Origin: Candidatus Woesearchaeota archaeon
Lineage (GTDB): Archaea; Nanobdellota; Nanobdellia; Woesearchaeales; 0-14-0-80-44-23
Assembly (NCBI GenBank): GCA_038874135.1
Contig: JAVZCZ010000001.1
Coordinates: forward strand, 192,001 to 256,000
Direction: 5' to 3'
DNA: 64,000 nucleotides
The translations under genes and the position numbers were made by a program. This document shows, one piece after another, positions 1 to 9,408 of the stretch. The first letter of the stretch is position 1; every line of letters begins with the position of its first letter. The notes beneath the pieces were generated by a model. It was not told the DNA's origin and ran no database searches. It saw only the letters and a list, made by a program, of their open reading frames with translations.

Positions 1-1
1 G

Positions 2-2359
2 GTAGTTGAGCTTCTGGAAAGAAACTTTCAGGATGAAATTCCCAATGTGGAACAGATACAAGACCTTGTTGAGATAACACTCATCAAGCTTGGAGAAGCG
101 GCTCTTGCCAAGAATTACATACTGTATAGGAATGAAAGAGAAAAACTCAGAAAGGAGAAGATGGCTGTTCTAAACAAGGAGGTGCTGGACGAGGTTGACA
201 AGAGATTTGATATAAACGCCTTGAGAGTGTTAGCCTCGCGCTATCTAAAGAAGAACAGCAGGGGAGAGGTAATAGAAAGCCCAAAATCCTTGTTTGAGAG
301 GTGCGCAGTTAACGACGCTATAGGAGATCTCATTCACGATTCAAAAGTTTATGATAAGGAGCAGAAACAGCCTGTGCATTCTGAGGAGATTGACGATTCA
401 AAGTTTGATTATTATGTGGAAAGGGGAATATCAATTGGCAAATATCCTCTGAACAAGTTTCACCTCCAAACCCTTGCAAGAACATACAAGCTGCTGAACT
501 CTGAAGGAAAGATGAAGAAGAGTTTTGAAGAACTAATAGAGATGCTGTTCAGCGGGGAATTGGCGGAGCATGAGAAGGAGGTTGAGGAATACTACGAGCT
601 TATGATTTCTAAGAAGTTCCTGCCAAACACACCTGCGCTTGCCAACTTTGGAAATGTGCACGGGATGGGAAGCGCATGCTTCGTACTTGGTATTGAAGAC
701 AACATGGAAAGCATAATGGGTACACTAAAGGACGCTGCAATGATATTCAAAGCAGGAGGCGGATGCGGATACAACTTTTCAAAGCTTAGGCCTGCAGGGG
801 ATGTCGTGAAATCTACAAGTGGAGTGGCGTCTGGACCTATAAGCTTCATGACACTCTATGACAAGATGACTGAAGTTATAAGTCAGGGTGGCATAAGGCG
901 CGGTGCTAACATGGGAATTCTTAATGTTGACCATCCTGACATTGAAGCTTTCATAAAGGCAAAGGAGGGCAATGCTCAGCTGAAAAACTTTAACATTTCG
1001 GTACTGCTCACCTCTGAGTTCTGGGAGTGCTTCAACTCTCGCAAGCCATTCTACCTTAAAAATCCGCGGGATGGGAAGCCTGTTGCAGAGGTTGACCCTC
1101 AGAAGATATTTGACACGATTGCATACGAAGCTAGAAATTATGCTGAACCCGGAGTGCTTTTTATGGACAACATAAATAAGCACAACCCGCTTTTGAAATG
1201 CTTGGGACCAATAACTACCACTAATCCTTGCGGGGAGGTTCTACTTTATCCTAATGAGTCGTGCAATCTTGGGAGCATAAACCTTTACGAGTTTATCAGG
1301 AATGGAGAAGATGGTAAGAAGTATGTTGACTGGCAGGAGCTTGCCAGAACTGTTCGCATTGTTACCAGATTCTTAGATAACATTAACGATGTAAATAATT
1401 TCCCATTAGATGCTATAAGGGATCAGACGCGAAAGTCCAGAAAGATTGGGCTGGGCGTGATGGGAGTTGGTGACTTTCTCTATGAGCTCGGCATAAGGTA
1501 TGATTCTGATGCTGGGCTTAGCATGATGGGGGAGGTCATGGAGTTTATAAACTTCCATTCAAAGCTGGAGAGCATAGAGCTTGCTAAAGAGAGGGGCGTA
1601 TTCCCGCTGTATGAGGAGAGCTTCTACCCTGAAGGCAGGATGCCGTTTGAAGGGTTTTACCATCCAGAGTCGTGGCATCAGGACTGGAATATAGTTGTTG
1701 AGGGAATCAAGAAGTACGGCTTGAGAAATGCCTTCACAACTGTGATCGCCCCAACTGGAAGCATCTCAATGATAGCTGGGACTAGCAGCGGGATTGAGCC
1801 GGTGTTCAGTCTGGTCTTTGAGAAGAGGGTTGTAGTTGGAAATTTTTACTATGTTAATAGGGTGTTTGAAAAGGTGCTAAAAGACAGGGGACTTTACAAT
1901 CACTCAATCATAGAAAGAATATCAAACAACTTTGGCTCAGTTCAGAACCTTCCAGAAATTCCCAATGACATTAAAGAGGTGTTTGTTACAGCTGCAGACA
2001 TCCCTGCTGAGAGGCATGTTTATGCCCAGGCAGCATTCCAGAGGTGGACTGACAGCTCAATATCCAAAACGATAAACATGCCTGCAAGCGCATCTGTAGA
2101 GGATGTAAAGAATGCTTACCTGCTTGCACATAGCCTGGGCTGTAAGGGAATAACTGTTTATAGGGATGGAAGCATAGAGAACCAGGTTCTAAATGCTGGA
2201 AAAAAGAAGAAGGAGGACTTTGCAGTAAAGCATGATAACGAGCCTCCGGTTGAGGATGAGCGTGCTGAGAAGTGCCCTGCTTGCGGCACTAAGCTTAAGA
2301 AGGAAGAAGGATGTTCCAGCTGTCCAAACTGCGGCTGGAGCAAGTGCTCCATATCTTAA
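2..2359 (+). CDS. nrdJ: Class II (adenosylcobalamin-dependent) ribonucleotide reductase with N-terminal ATP cone; 5' end lies outside the window
   Basis: Frame is open from position 2 (VVELLERNFQDEIPNVEQIQDLVE, ATP cone); FLPNTP, SACFV, TNPCGE, IAPTGSIS, GITVYRDGS motifs; C-terminal CPAC/CPNC Zn ribbon. Confidence 0.95.
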   Translation, partial: VVELLERNFQDEIPNVEQIQDLVEITLIKLGEAALAKNYILYRNEREKLRKEKMAVLNKEVLDEVDKRFDINALRVLASRYLKKNSRGEVIESPKSLFERCAVNDAIGDLIHDSKVYDKEQKQPVHSEEIDDSKFDYYVERGISIGKYPLNKFHLQTLARTYKLLNSEGKMKKSFEELIEMLFSGELAEHEKEVEEYYELMISKKFLPNTPALANFGNVHGMGSACFVLGIEDNMESIMGTLKDAAMIFKAGGGCGYNFSKLRPAGDVVKSTSGVASGPISFMTLYDKMTEVISQGGIRRGANMGILNVDHPDIEAFIKAKEGNAQLKNFNISVLLTSEFWECFNSRKPFYLKNPRDGKPVAEVDPQKIFDTIAYEARNYAEPGVLFMDNINKHNPLLKCLGPITTTNPCGEVLLYPNESCNLGSINLYEFIRNGEDGKKYVDWQELARTVRIVTRFLDNINDVNNFPLDAIRDQTRKSRKIGLGVMGVGDFLYELGIRYDSDAGLSMMGEVMEFINFHSKLESIELAKERGVFPLYEESFYPEGRMPFEGFYHPESWHQDWNIVVEGIKKYGLRNAFTTVIAPTGSISMIAGTSSGIEPVFSLVFEKRVVVGNFYYVNRVFEKVLKDRGLYNHSIIERISNNFGSVQNLPEIPNDIKEVFVTAADIPAERHVYAQAAFQRWTDSSISKTINMPASASVEDVKNAYLLAHSLGCKGITVYRDGSIENQVLNAGKKKKEDFAVKHDNEPPVEDERAEKCPACGTKLKKEEGCSSCPNCGWSKCSIS

Positions 2360-2980
2360 GTGGTTAACATGCAAGAAAACGGCAACAGCTTAGAAATTGA
2401 AGAATACAAAGATAAGCTTCAGAAGATAGAGGAAGAATGCGAACATCCGCAGAAAGGGCTGAAGATTGGCTTAGTGCACATCTACTATGGTGACGGCAGG
2501 GGCAAAACCTCAATAGCACTGGGCACGGCACTGAGGGCTTCGGGCTACGGATTTAGGACTAAGGTAATACAGTTTATGAAGGGAATTCCAAACCTGGGAG
2601 AGTGCAGGGCTGAGCTTAGAAATTTTGAAGTTAAACAGTTTGGAAATCCGAAGTATGTAATAAAGATGCAGGAACCACGCGAGGAAGACCTTAAGCTTAT
2701 CAGGATGGCAGTTGAAGAGGCGCTCTCCTCTTTCAATTCGGGAAGTTATGACATAGTTGTGCTTGATGAAGTGCTCTACGCTCTTGAGTTTGGCTTAATC
2801 AGCAGGGAAGATCTAATTTCAGTGATAAAGGCAAAGCCCAGGAATGTTGAGCTAATACTTACTGGCGGAAGAAGTCCTCCTCCTGAGATAATAGAGTTGG
2901 CGGATTATGTGAGTCATATTGTCATGGAGAGGCATCCTTATAATCGGGGTATAGAGGCAAGACGGGGAATTGACTTTTAG
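2360..2980 (+). CDS. cobO: Cob(I)alamin adenosyltransferase (CobA/CobO/BtuR family)
   Basis: GLVHIYYGDGRGKTS, IQFMKG, VVLDE, ELILTGGR, HPY..GI.ARRGIDF. Confidence 0.93.
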   Translation: MVNMQENGNSLEIEEYKDKLQKIEEECEHPQKGLKIGLVHIYYGDGRGKTSIALGTALRASGYGFRTKVIQFMKGIPNLGECRAELRNFEVKQFGNPKYVIKMQEPREEDLKLIRMAVEEALSSFNSGSYDIVVLDEVLYALEFGLISREDLISVIKAKPRNVELILTGGRSPPPEIIELADYVSHIVMERHPYNRGIEARRGIDF

Positions 2981-2996
2981 ATTCTTATTTAAAATC

Positions 2997-3728
2997 TCAG
3001 ATGGGATTTTCTATTCTAACTTTCAGTTGGGGAAACCTCTGTTCAAGTGCCGGGATAATCCGTCTGAATTGTTCTAAAACTGCGGAGAAGTCCTGTTTTT
3101 CTACTGGGCTTATGGTCCATGTTGCATTCGTGTTTCCAATCCACTCCGCAATTTTGAGGAGGTGTGAAAGCGAGCTGGTAAGCCCTTCAGCCATTAGTGT
3201 TTTAAACTCAATCTGAACTTCATCCTCTTGAGAGCGTAGCAGCTCTATTGAATATGTAATGTCTCGTATGATTTCTCCAGGGCTCTTAAAGAACGTTGAA
3301 GACCGCGTTGTCCTCTCAAATATTCCCTCTTCAGGAGGGCTCTTTAAATCCATAATTACAGAATCTGCCAGCCCTTCTGCCAGTAACGACTTTAAAGAGT
3401 TGGGCTTGGAGCCGTTTGTTTCAAGCACTATTTTAAGACCTTTCATCCTGCAGAATCTTGCTATTGAGAGCATTGCCTGCCTTTGAAGCAGAGGCTCTCC
3501 CCCTGTGAGGATTACCGAGCTTATACGATTGTCAGATTTTAAAATTTCTTCAATCTTGAGCTTTACATCTCTCGTATCTATGAGAAACTCTTCAGAAAAT
3601 CCTAAGATGCTGGAATTATAACAGTATGGACATCTGAAGTTGCACCCTGCAAAGAATATCACTATTGAATCTTCTGAGTTATCACGCGAATTCCTTAAAG
3701 TGCCCACCCCACCTATGTATGCCTGCAT
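2997..3728 (-). CDS. Radical SAM activating enzyme (anaerobic RNR activase / PFL activase-like)
   Basis: FFAGCNFRCPYCYN (CxxxCxxC), LTGGEPLLQ, LETNGS. Confidence 0.85.
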   Translation of the reverse strand: MQAYIGGVGTLRNSRDNSEDSIVIFFAGCNFRCPYCYNSSILGFSEEFLIDTRDVKLKIEEILKSDNRISSVILTGGEPLLQRQAMLSIARFCRMKGLKIVLETNGSKPNSLKSLLAEGLADSVIMDLKSPPEEGIFERTTRSSTFFKSPGEIIRDITYSIELLRSQEDEVQIEFKTLMAEGLTSSLSHLLKIAEWIGNTNATWTISPVEKQDFSAVLEQFRRIIPALEQRFPQLKVRIENPI

Positions 3729-3842
3729 ACCGCTTAAGTTTTTGCGCTGAATTTAATAAAATTTTGGTAAAAAATAAGTTTATAAAACTTTATTCACTTG
3801 GGAATAATTAAATTTATATAGGTTTAAGCAGTTTTAAGAGGT

Positions 3843-4883
3843 ATGATAGTTGGTCTTACAGGGCCCATTGGCTCCGGGAAGGGAACTGTTTCCGAGTTCT
3901 TTGTAGAAAGGGGTTTTAGGAAGTATTCTCTATCTGATGTTATAAGGGAAGAGCTTTCTAAGAGAAATGAATGGGCTACTAGGGAGAACCTGATAATGGT
4001 TGGAAATGAGCTTAGGGCGAGGTTTGGAAGCGGCGTCCTAGCTGAAAGAATTCTGAGGAAGATAGAGGAAGATGAGAAGGCGGGATTCAGAAGGTTTGTA
4101 GTGGACAGCATAAGGAATCCTGAAGAGGTTAATGTGTTGAGAAGCAGGGAAGACTTCTTCCTATTGGCAGTAGATGCTCCTAAGAAGATTAGGTTTCAAA
4201 GGGTTAGGCAGAGAAACAGGGAAGCTGAGCCTCTAAGTTGGAACGATTTCTTAAGAGTTGACAAGGCGGAAGTGCTCGGAACTTCTGATTCCAGCCAGAG
4301 AATACTTGACTGTATGAGAATTGCTGATGCGAAGATTCTTAACGATTCAACATTAGAAGATCTGCACACAAAGCTGGAAGTGCTATTTCACGACTTAATT
4401 ACCAAGGAAAACCTCAGACCAAGCGTGGATGAATATTTTCTTAAGATAGCAGCAGTTGTAGCTGAAAGATCCACCTGTTTACGAAGGCATGTTGGAGCCA
4501 TAGCTGTAAAGGATAAGCATATAATCTCAACAGGATACAACGGTGCTCCTTCAGGATTGAGGGACTGCACAGAATTAGGCTGCCTGAGGGACAAGCTTGG
4601 AATAAGGTCGGGTACAGAGCAGCAGATATGCAGAGCAGTTCATGCGGAACAGAATGTGATAATACAGGCAGCAATTCACGGGCAGAACATCTCTGGAGCA
4701 ACAATATACTGCACTCACACGCCGTGCATAATATGTGCAAAGATGCTGGTAAATGCTAAGATAAGCAGGTTTGTAACTTACAACGATTACGCTGACGAAG
4801 CATTTATTAAACTCTTTGAAGAAGCTGGCATAAGAGTTGTGAAGCTGAAAAGGCCTTCTGACAGGATCACATTTAAGGATTAA
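3843..4883 (+). CDS. Fusion of P-loop nucleotide-kinase-like domain and dCMP deaminase
   Basis: N-terminal GLTGPIGSGKGT and VVDSIRN; C-terminal RSTCLRRHVGA, GYNG, HAEQN, PCIIC. Confidence 0.9.
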   Translation: MIVGLTGPIGSGKGTVSEFFVERGFRKYSLSDVIREELSKRNEWATRENLIMVGNELRARFGSGVLAERILRKIEEDEKAGFRRFVVDSIRNPEEVNVLRSREDFFLLAVDAPKKIRFQRVRQRNREAEPLSWNDFLRVDKAEVLGTSDSSQRILDCMRIADAKILNDSTLEDLHTKLEVLFHDLITKENLRPSVDEYFLKIAAVVAERSTCLRRHVGAIAVKDKHIISTGYNGAPSGLRDCTELGCLRDKLGIRSGTEQQICRAVHAEQNVIIQAAIHGQNISGATIYCTHTPCIICAKMLVNAKISRFVTYNDYADEAFIKLFEEAGIRVVKLKRPSDRITFKD

Positions 4884-5008
4884 TATTCTTGTGTTTTCTT
4901 AAACCAAAATCTTTTTAAATAAACTGCTTTTCCTTTCAGAATATTCCGGCGTCAGGAATTTGAGTTACAAGTTTCAGCAGTTTAAAGAATAGTTGGAAGG
5001 AATAAAAA

Positions 5009-5440
5009 ATGAAAACGCACAAGATGCCAGTTTCAGAGCTGATACCCAAAGTTGCTGAAGAATTGAAGAAGCTCAGCGAGATAAAACCGCCAGAATGGGC
5101 GCCTTTCGTTAAGACGGGAGTTCACAAGGAAAGGCCGCCTGTGCAGAAGGACTGGTGGTATATCAGAAGTGCTGCAGTGCTCATATCAGTAGGAAAGCTT
5201 GGACCCGTTGGGGTTTCAAAGCTCAGGACAAAGTATGGCGGAAGAAAGAACAACGGATATGATCCAGAACACTTTTATAAGGGAAGCGGCAGCATTATAA
5301 GAAAGGTATTGCAGCAGCTTCAAAAGGCTGGACTGGTTGAAGAGGGAAAGAAAGGCGTTCACAAGGGAAGAATCCTTACAAAGAAGGGAGCTGAGCTTGT
5401 GAAGTCGGTTGAAAGCCAGATTTTGGCTCAGAAGAAATGA
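5009..5440 (+). CDS. rps19e: 30S ribosomal protein S19e
   Basis: [38 protein letters not shown]. Confidence 0.97.
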   Translation: MKTHKMPVSELIPKVAEELKKLSEIKPPEWAPFVKTGVHKERPPVQKDWWYIRSAAVLISVGKLGPVGVSKLRTKYGGRKNNGYDPEHFYKGSGSIIRKVLQQLQKAGLVEEGKKGVHKGRILTKKGAELVKSVESQILAQKK

Positions 5441-5778
5441 GAGATCCAGAACTGGAAAGGATAAGGCAGGAGAAGCTCAGGGCACTCCAAGAAGCCCAAG
5501 GCGGGCCTGAGCAGGAGGATGCTGAGGCGCGCCTTGCAGAAGAGGTTGCCAGCCTTGAAGCGATGGTTAAGCCGCGTCTTTCCAGAAAGGCTCTGGACAG
5601 GTATTCAAACCTGAAGGTTGCACATCCGGAGCTTGCCTTGAAGGCGCTGCTCATAGTTGCGCAGGCAATCCAATCAGGACAGCTGGGGAGTGAGGAGCTT
5701 TCAGATGAGGCTTTTGCTGAGCTTTTGAGGAGGATGAGCCTCTTAGAAAGGAAGGATTTCAAGATAATAAGAAAATGA
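5437..5778 (+). CDS. PDCD5-like dsDNA-binding protein
   Basis: [29 protein letters not shown]; usual position between S19e and L39e. Confidence 0.85.
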   Translation: MRDPELERIRQEKLRALQEAQGGPEQEDAEARLAEEVASLEAMVKPRLSRKALDRYSNLKVAHPELALKALLIVAQAIQSGQLGSEELSDEAFAELLRRMSLLERKDFKIIRK

Positions 5779-5794
5779 AATGAGAGAGATTAAA

Positions 5795-5968
5795 ATGGCA
5801 AGCAGGAAAACATCTACTAAAAAGAAGGTGCTTATTAAAAGGGGAAGGCAGACAAGGTGGGCTCCATTCTGGAGCGTGCCTAAGAAGTATGGGAAGAGCA
5901 GAAGAATTCATCCCGGAAGGCACACTGCGGTTAAGAGAAGCTGGAGAAGAGTAAAGATTAAGGATTGA
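5795..5968 (+). CDS. rpl39e: 50S ribosomal protein L39e
   Basis: Basic protein with RQTRWAPFW and KRSWRR; S19e-PDCD5-L39e-L31e context. Confidence 0.85.
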   Translation: MASRKTSTKKKVLIKRGRQTRWAPFWSVPKKYGKSRRIHPGRHTAVKRSWRRVKIKD

Positions 5969-5978
5969 GGCGGTTGAA

Positions 5979-6440
5979 ATGGCTGAAGAAAAAGAGTTAG
6001 AGCGCACTTACAACATTCCTCTCAGGAGGGACTGGCTTAAGGTTCCGATGTATAAGAGGAGCAAGAAGGCAATAGCAGCAATAAGAGAGTTTATAGCTAG
6101 GCATATGAAGGTTGAGGATGATAAGATAAAGCTTGGAAGATTCCTGAACGAGCAGGTCTGGACAAACGGGATAAGAAACCCGCCGCATCATGTGAAGGTT
6201 ATAGCTTCTAAGGACAAGGACGGCATAGTTAAGGTTGAGATTGTAGGAGCTCCTTCTGAAAAGAAGGAAGAGAAGAGTAAAAAGGAGAAGAAGAAATCTG
6301 AATCCAAACAGGAATCTGAGGAGCGGGAAGAATCAAAAGAGAAAAGTGAAACTTCAGAGCCCAAGAAGAGATCAGCTGGAAGGAAGAAAAAATCTGAAGG
6401 TGAAGACGCGCCTGCTTCTGAAGAGAAACCTGAAAACTAA
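5979..6440 (+). CDS. rpl31e: 50S ribosomal protein L31e with charged C-terminal tail
   Basis: ERTYNIPLR, KRSKKAIAAIREFIARHMK, LNEQVWTNGIRNPP. Confidence 0.95.
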   Translation: MAEEKELERTYNIPLRRDWLKVPMYKRSKKAIAAIREFIARHMKVEDDKIKLGRFLNEQVWTNGIRNPPHHVKVIASKDKDGIVKVEIVGAPSEKKEEKSKKEKKKSESKQESEEREESKEKSETSEPKKRSAGRKKKSEGEDAPASEEKPEN

Positions 6441-6478
6441 TTTTAGAATTTTTAGAATTTCTTAATTTTGTTATTGAT

Positions 6479-7000
6479 TTATGACTGCTTTGCTTTTCTT
6501 AGTTCTGAAGAGAGGCGTTCAATCTCTTCTTTAAGGTGTGCTATGGTGGCAGTGTTGTCCTGCACTTCCATTAGCGAGCCGCATTCAGGACAGTGAAACT
6601 CAAAATCAGACGCCTTGTCAAAGTCCAGGCGGACGCACTTGTTTGGGCACATGTAGAAGGTGTTGGCTTCTTCCCTTTCAAGGCGCTCTTTTAGCTTTGC
6701 AAGCTTCTTCGCTCTTATATCTGAGTAGAGATATTTCACTGTTTCCGGATTAAAGGTCCAGTAGTATATGTACCAACCTTTCTTCTTATCTTTTTTTCTT
6801 CTAAAGGATACCAGATTGTTTTCTAAAAGCTTGTAGAGTGCCTTTCTTATGTCTTTTATCTCCATCTTTAGAGCTTCAGCTACCTTGAACTCAGAGAAGT
6901 TCGGCTGGTCTTTGAGCACCATAACTATTGGAACCGCCTGTTCCCCTGCAAGTTCTGTTACCACATCCTTTATCAGGTTGTTGCTCAATTTCATTTTCAC
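6479..7000 (-). CDS. tfe: Transcription factor E (TFIIE alpha homolog)
   Basis: wHTH with IRKALYKL, GWYIYYW; Zn ribbon CPNKC..FHCPECG..DNT. Confidence 0.93.
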   Translation of the reverse strand: MKMKLSNNLIKDVVTELAGEQAVPIVMVLKDQPNFSEFKVAEALKMEIKDIRKALYKLLENNLVSFRRKKDKKKGWYIYYWTFNPETVKYLYSDIRAKKLAKLKERLEREEANTFYMCPNKCVRLDFDKASDFEFHCPECGSLMEVQDNTATIAHLKEEIERLSSELRKAKQS

Positions 7001-7017
7001 TCTTTAATTCTAACTCG

Positions 7018-7203
7018 TTACTCTTTTCGTAACTTTTCCAGTTTTTCTTTTATCTCCTGCATCTCATTCTTCAGCCTTTCATAGTATTCCTTTTTTCCCC
7101 TGTTAAGCTGATTTCTAGAGATGTCCCACTCCATTATTCCAACCTTTGAGGAGAGCTCATAGTATCTTTTTTCCAGCTCTCTAATCTCGTTCTCATTCTT
7201 CAT
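7018..7203 (-). CDS. Small coiled-coil hypothetical protein
   Basis: ORF with RBS-like GGAAGTGA upstream, co-oriented with tfe; helical charged composition. Confidence 0.6.
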   Translation of the reverse strand: MKNENEIRELEKRYYELSSKVGIMEWDISRNQLNRGKKEYYERLKNEMQEIKEKLEKLRKE

Positions 7204-7423
7204 CGCTCTCACTTCCTTCGGCACTCCACTTCCTTAAACATCTCAGGCTGCAGAAGTGCTTTAAATCTGCCTTGTTCTTTATCTTCCAAAATGCCTTCAA
7301 TTCAAAATAGTCCTTCTCCTTGTTTATGGGCTTCTTGCAATAGTCGCATGTCAGCTTCACATTGCTCTTCCAAGTTTTATTGTCCGAATCAGCTGAAGGG
7401 ACTATCTTATTGAAGTATTTCAT
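7193..7423 (-). CDS. Small Zn-finger protein (TRASH/FCS-like)
   Basis: CDYC...HFCSLRC; GGGGTG RBS before MKYFNK. Confidence 0.65.
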   Translation of the reverse strand: MKYFNKIVPSADSDNKTWKSNVKLTCDYCKKPINKEKDYFELKAFWKIKNKADLKHFCSLRCLRKWSAEGSESDEE

Positions 7424-7665
7424 TTTTGACACCCCTCTTAACATTTCAAGTAAATAATCTTGTCAGGTAGGCGTTCGTGGTTGCTGTATTTAAAGATCAA
7501 TTCCGACCTAAGAGTAAAAGAACTTTTACTCCACTGCTATTTTAAACAAAATCAATTTATAAATTTTTCTCATGGATAAGCTATTTTGTCAAAAATTTGG
7601 AAAGCTTTAAAAACAAATTTGGGAAGGTAAGGTTTTTATATTAATTCTTTATTGTGGACACCTGA

Positions 7666-8220
7666 ATGAAAAGTTCGGAAGACAAGCGAGGGGAAAAAGC
7701 AGAAGATAAAGTAGTTCTATGCAGAATAATTCCAATGTCAGAAGCCCTTGCACGGCTGAAAGAAAGTAGTAAGTTCAAGAAGTGGAAATCACTTCATCCA
7801 AACGACTTTTTAGCAAGCGCCTTCACAATAATGGAAGGCAAAAGTGCTGAGTGGCAGTTCTCGTTCTACAATGTTGAAAAGGATTCAGTAGTTTCATTTG
7901 TGGTTTCTGAAAATGAGATAGGAATGCTTCCCGAATCAGCTGTTCTGAAAGAGCCAGAGCACAGGATGCTTGAAATAAGAGATTCAGACATCAAGCTGGA
8001 CATACACGGAGCAATTGAAGTAGCATCCAAACACCAAACTAAGAATTATCCTAAGGAAAAGCCAATAAAAATAATAGCAGTACTTGCCTCAAGCGAAGGA
8101 AGAAACATCTGGTCAATAACATACCTGACTCAGAACTTCAAAACATTAGTAATGAAGGTTGATGCTGAAAGTGGAGAGATGCTCTCAGAAAAAATAGTGT
8201 CATTTTTTTCTTATGAATAG
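7666..8220 (+). CDS. Hypothetical protein (PepSY-like C-terminal pattern)
   Basis: Long ORF; W.ITY...KVDAESGEML resembles PepSY. Confidence 0.6.
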   Translation: MKSSEDKRGEKAEDKVVLCRIIPMSEALARLKESSKFKKWKSLHPNDFLASAFTIMEGKSAEWQFSFYNVEKDSVVSFVVSENEIGMLPESAVLKEPEHRMLEIRDSDIKLDIHGAIEVASKHQTKNYPKEKPIKIIAVLASSEGRNIWSITYLTQNFKTLVMKVDAESGEMLSEKIVSFFSYE

Positions 8221-8559
8221 AATTCACTACTTCCCCAAAAATAAATGCGTTCTTTCCTATGGAGAATTAGACGAAAAGGTGAAAGTGTTACTCGTGAAAA
8301 TCACTTGAAAAATAAGTTTCTGGAGTGTATATTTTAAAACTCAAATATGCTTAAATATTAATTCTGCTTAAAAGGAACTGATTTAAAGGTTTAAGACGGA
8401 AGACGGAGATGAAGAAAAATGGGGGACAAAAAAAATTCTCACAAGACAAGCAGGTTCTCAAACCCTGTGAGCTATAAAACAATAATGGCAAACGCACAAC
8501 TCTCCAGCTTCATAAAAGAAAGTGAAGAGTAGCCTAAGAACCATTTTAAAAATTTTTAA

Positions 8560-9294
8560 ATGATGAGCAATTCTGAGATCTCAAATTTGGAAGCTAAACT
8601 AAGCGTAAGAATTTTAGAATACACTCCAAATCCTGAACAGATAGTTGCTGCTGCAGCCCGGCTTACCCAGAGCAGCAGCACAATTGAGGAACTGCTCCTA
8701 AAAGTTTCTGAAAAGGAACAATCAAGATTAATAACTACCCTAATAGAGATGGGACACCTCTCCCCCTTTGAGCATGTTGTGTACACATTCGGAATTGAAG
8801 GGATCTCAAGAGCATGCTCGCACCAGCTGGTCAGACACAGAATAGCTTCATACTCCCAGCAGAGCCAGAGATATGTAAGCTATGAAAATGTCAAGTTTGT
8901 AGTACCCCCCGAAATTGCAAGAAACAGTGAAGACAAACTGAAATTCCTCACGCAATGCCTTAAAGAGTTTGAAGTGTACTTAGAATTCGTAAATAAGGGA
9001 TACAAACCTGAAGATGCAAGATTCCTACTGCCCAACGCAACAGAAACAAAAATAATCATTACAATGAACGCCAGAGAGCTTTTACACTTCTACGAGCTGA
9101 GAACCTGCGAGAGGGCTCAGTGGGAGATAAGGCAGATGGCAAAACAGATGCTAACTCTATCATACAATACTGCACCCAACATATTCAAAAATGCGGGACC
9201 CAGATGCTTAAGAGGCCCTTGCACTGAAGGAAAGTATAAGTGCGAAAGGAACATTTCTGAAATAAGATCTGAATTTGAAAAGATAAAGAGATAA
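8560..9294 (+). CDS. thyX: FAD-dependent thymidylate synthase
   Basis: GHLSPFEH, HQLVRHRIASYSQQSQRY, EDARFLLP, RAQWEIR. Confidence 0.97.
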   Translation: MMSNSEISNLEAKLSVRILEYTPNPEQIVAAAARLTQSSSTIEELLLKVSEKEQSRLITTLIEMGHLSPFEHVVYTFGIEGISRACSHQLVRHRIASYSQQSQRYVSYENVKFVVPPEIARNSEDKLKFLTQCLKEFEVYLEFVNKGYKPEDARFLLPNATETKIIITMNARELLHFYELRTCERAQWEIRQMAKQMLTLSYNTAPNIFKNAGPRCLRGPCTEGKYKCERNISEIRSEFEKIKR

Positions 9295-9408
9295 AAAAGC
9301 AAGGAGCGGGTGTGAATTTTTAAGGCACTACTAATCACATATTGGACAGCTTTAATAATGAGTTATGACATACTATTGCACAACTCAAAATTTTCAGGGG
9401 TGAAAAAC

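Noticed and set aside
300-600. Apparent insertion in NrdJ as a possible intein
   Set aside because: No C/S...HN splice motifs; resembles the insertion recalled in other archaeal class II RNRs.
7445-7512. Possible fluoride riboswitch (ACGCCTAC on the minus strand)
   Set aside because: The 5' GGNGATGGNGTTC consensus is absent and there is no fluoride-related gene downstream.
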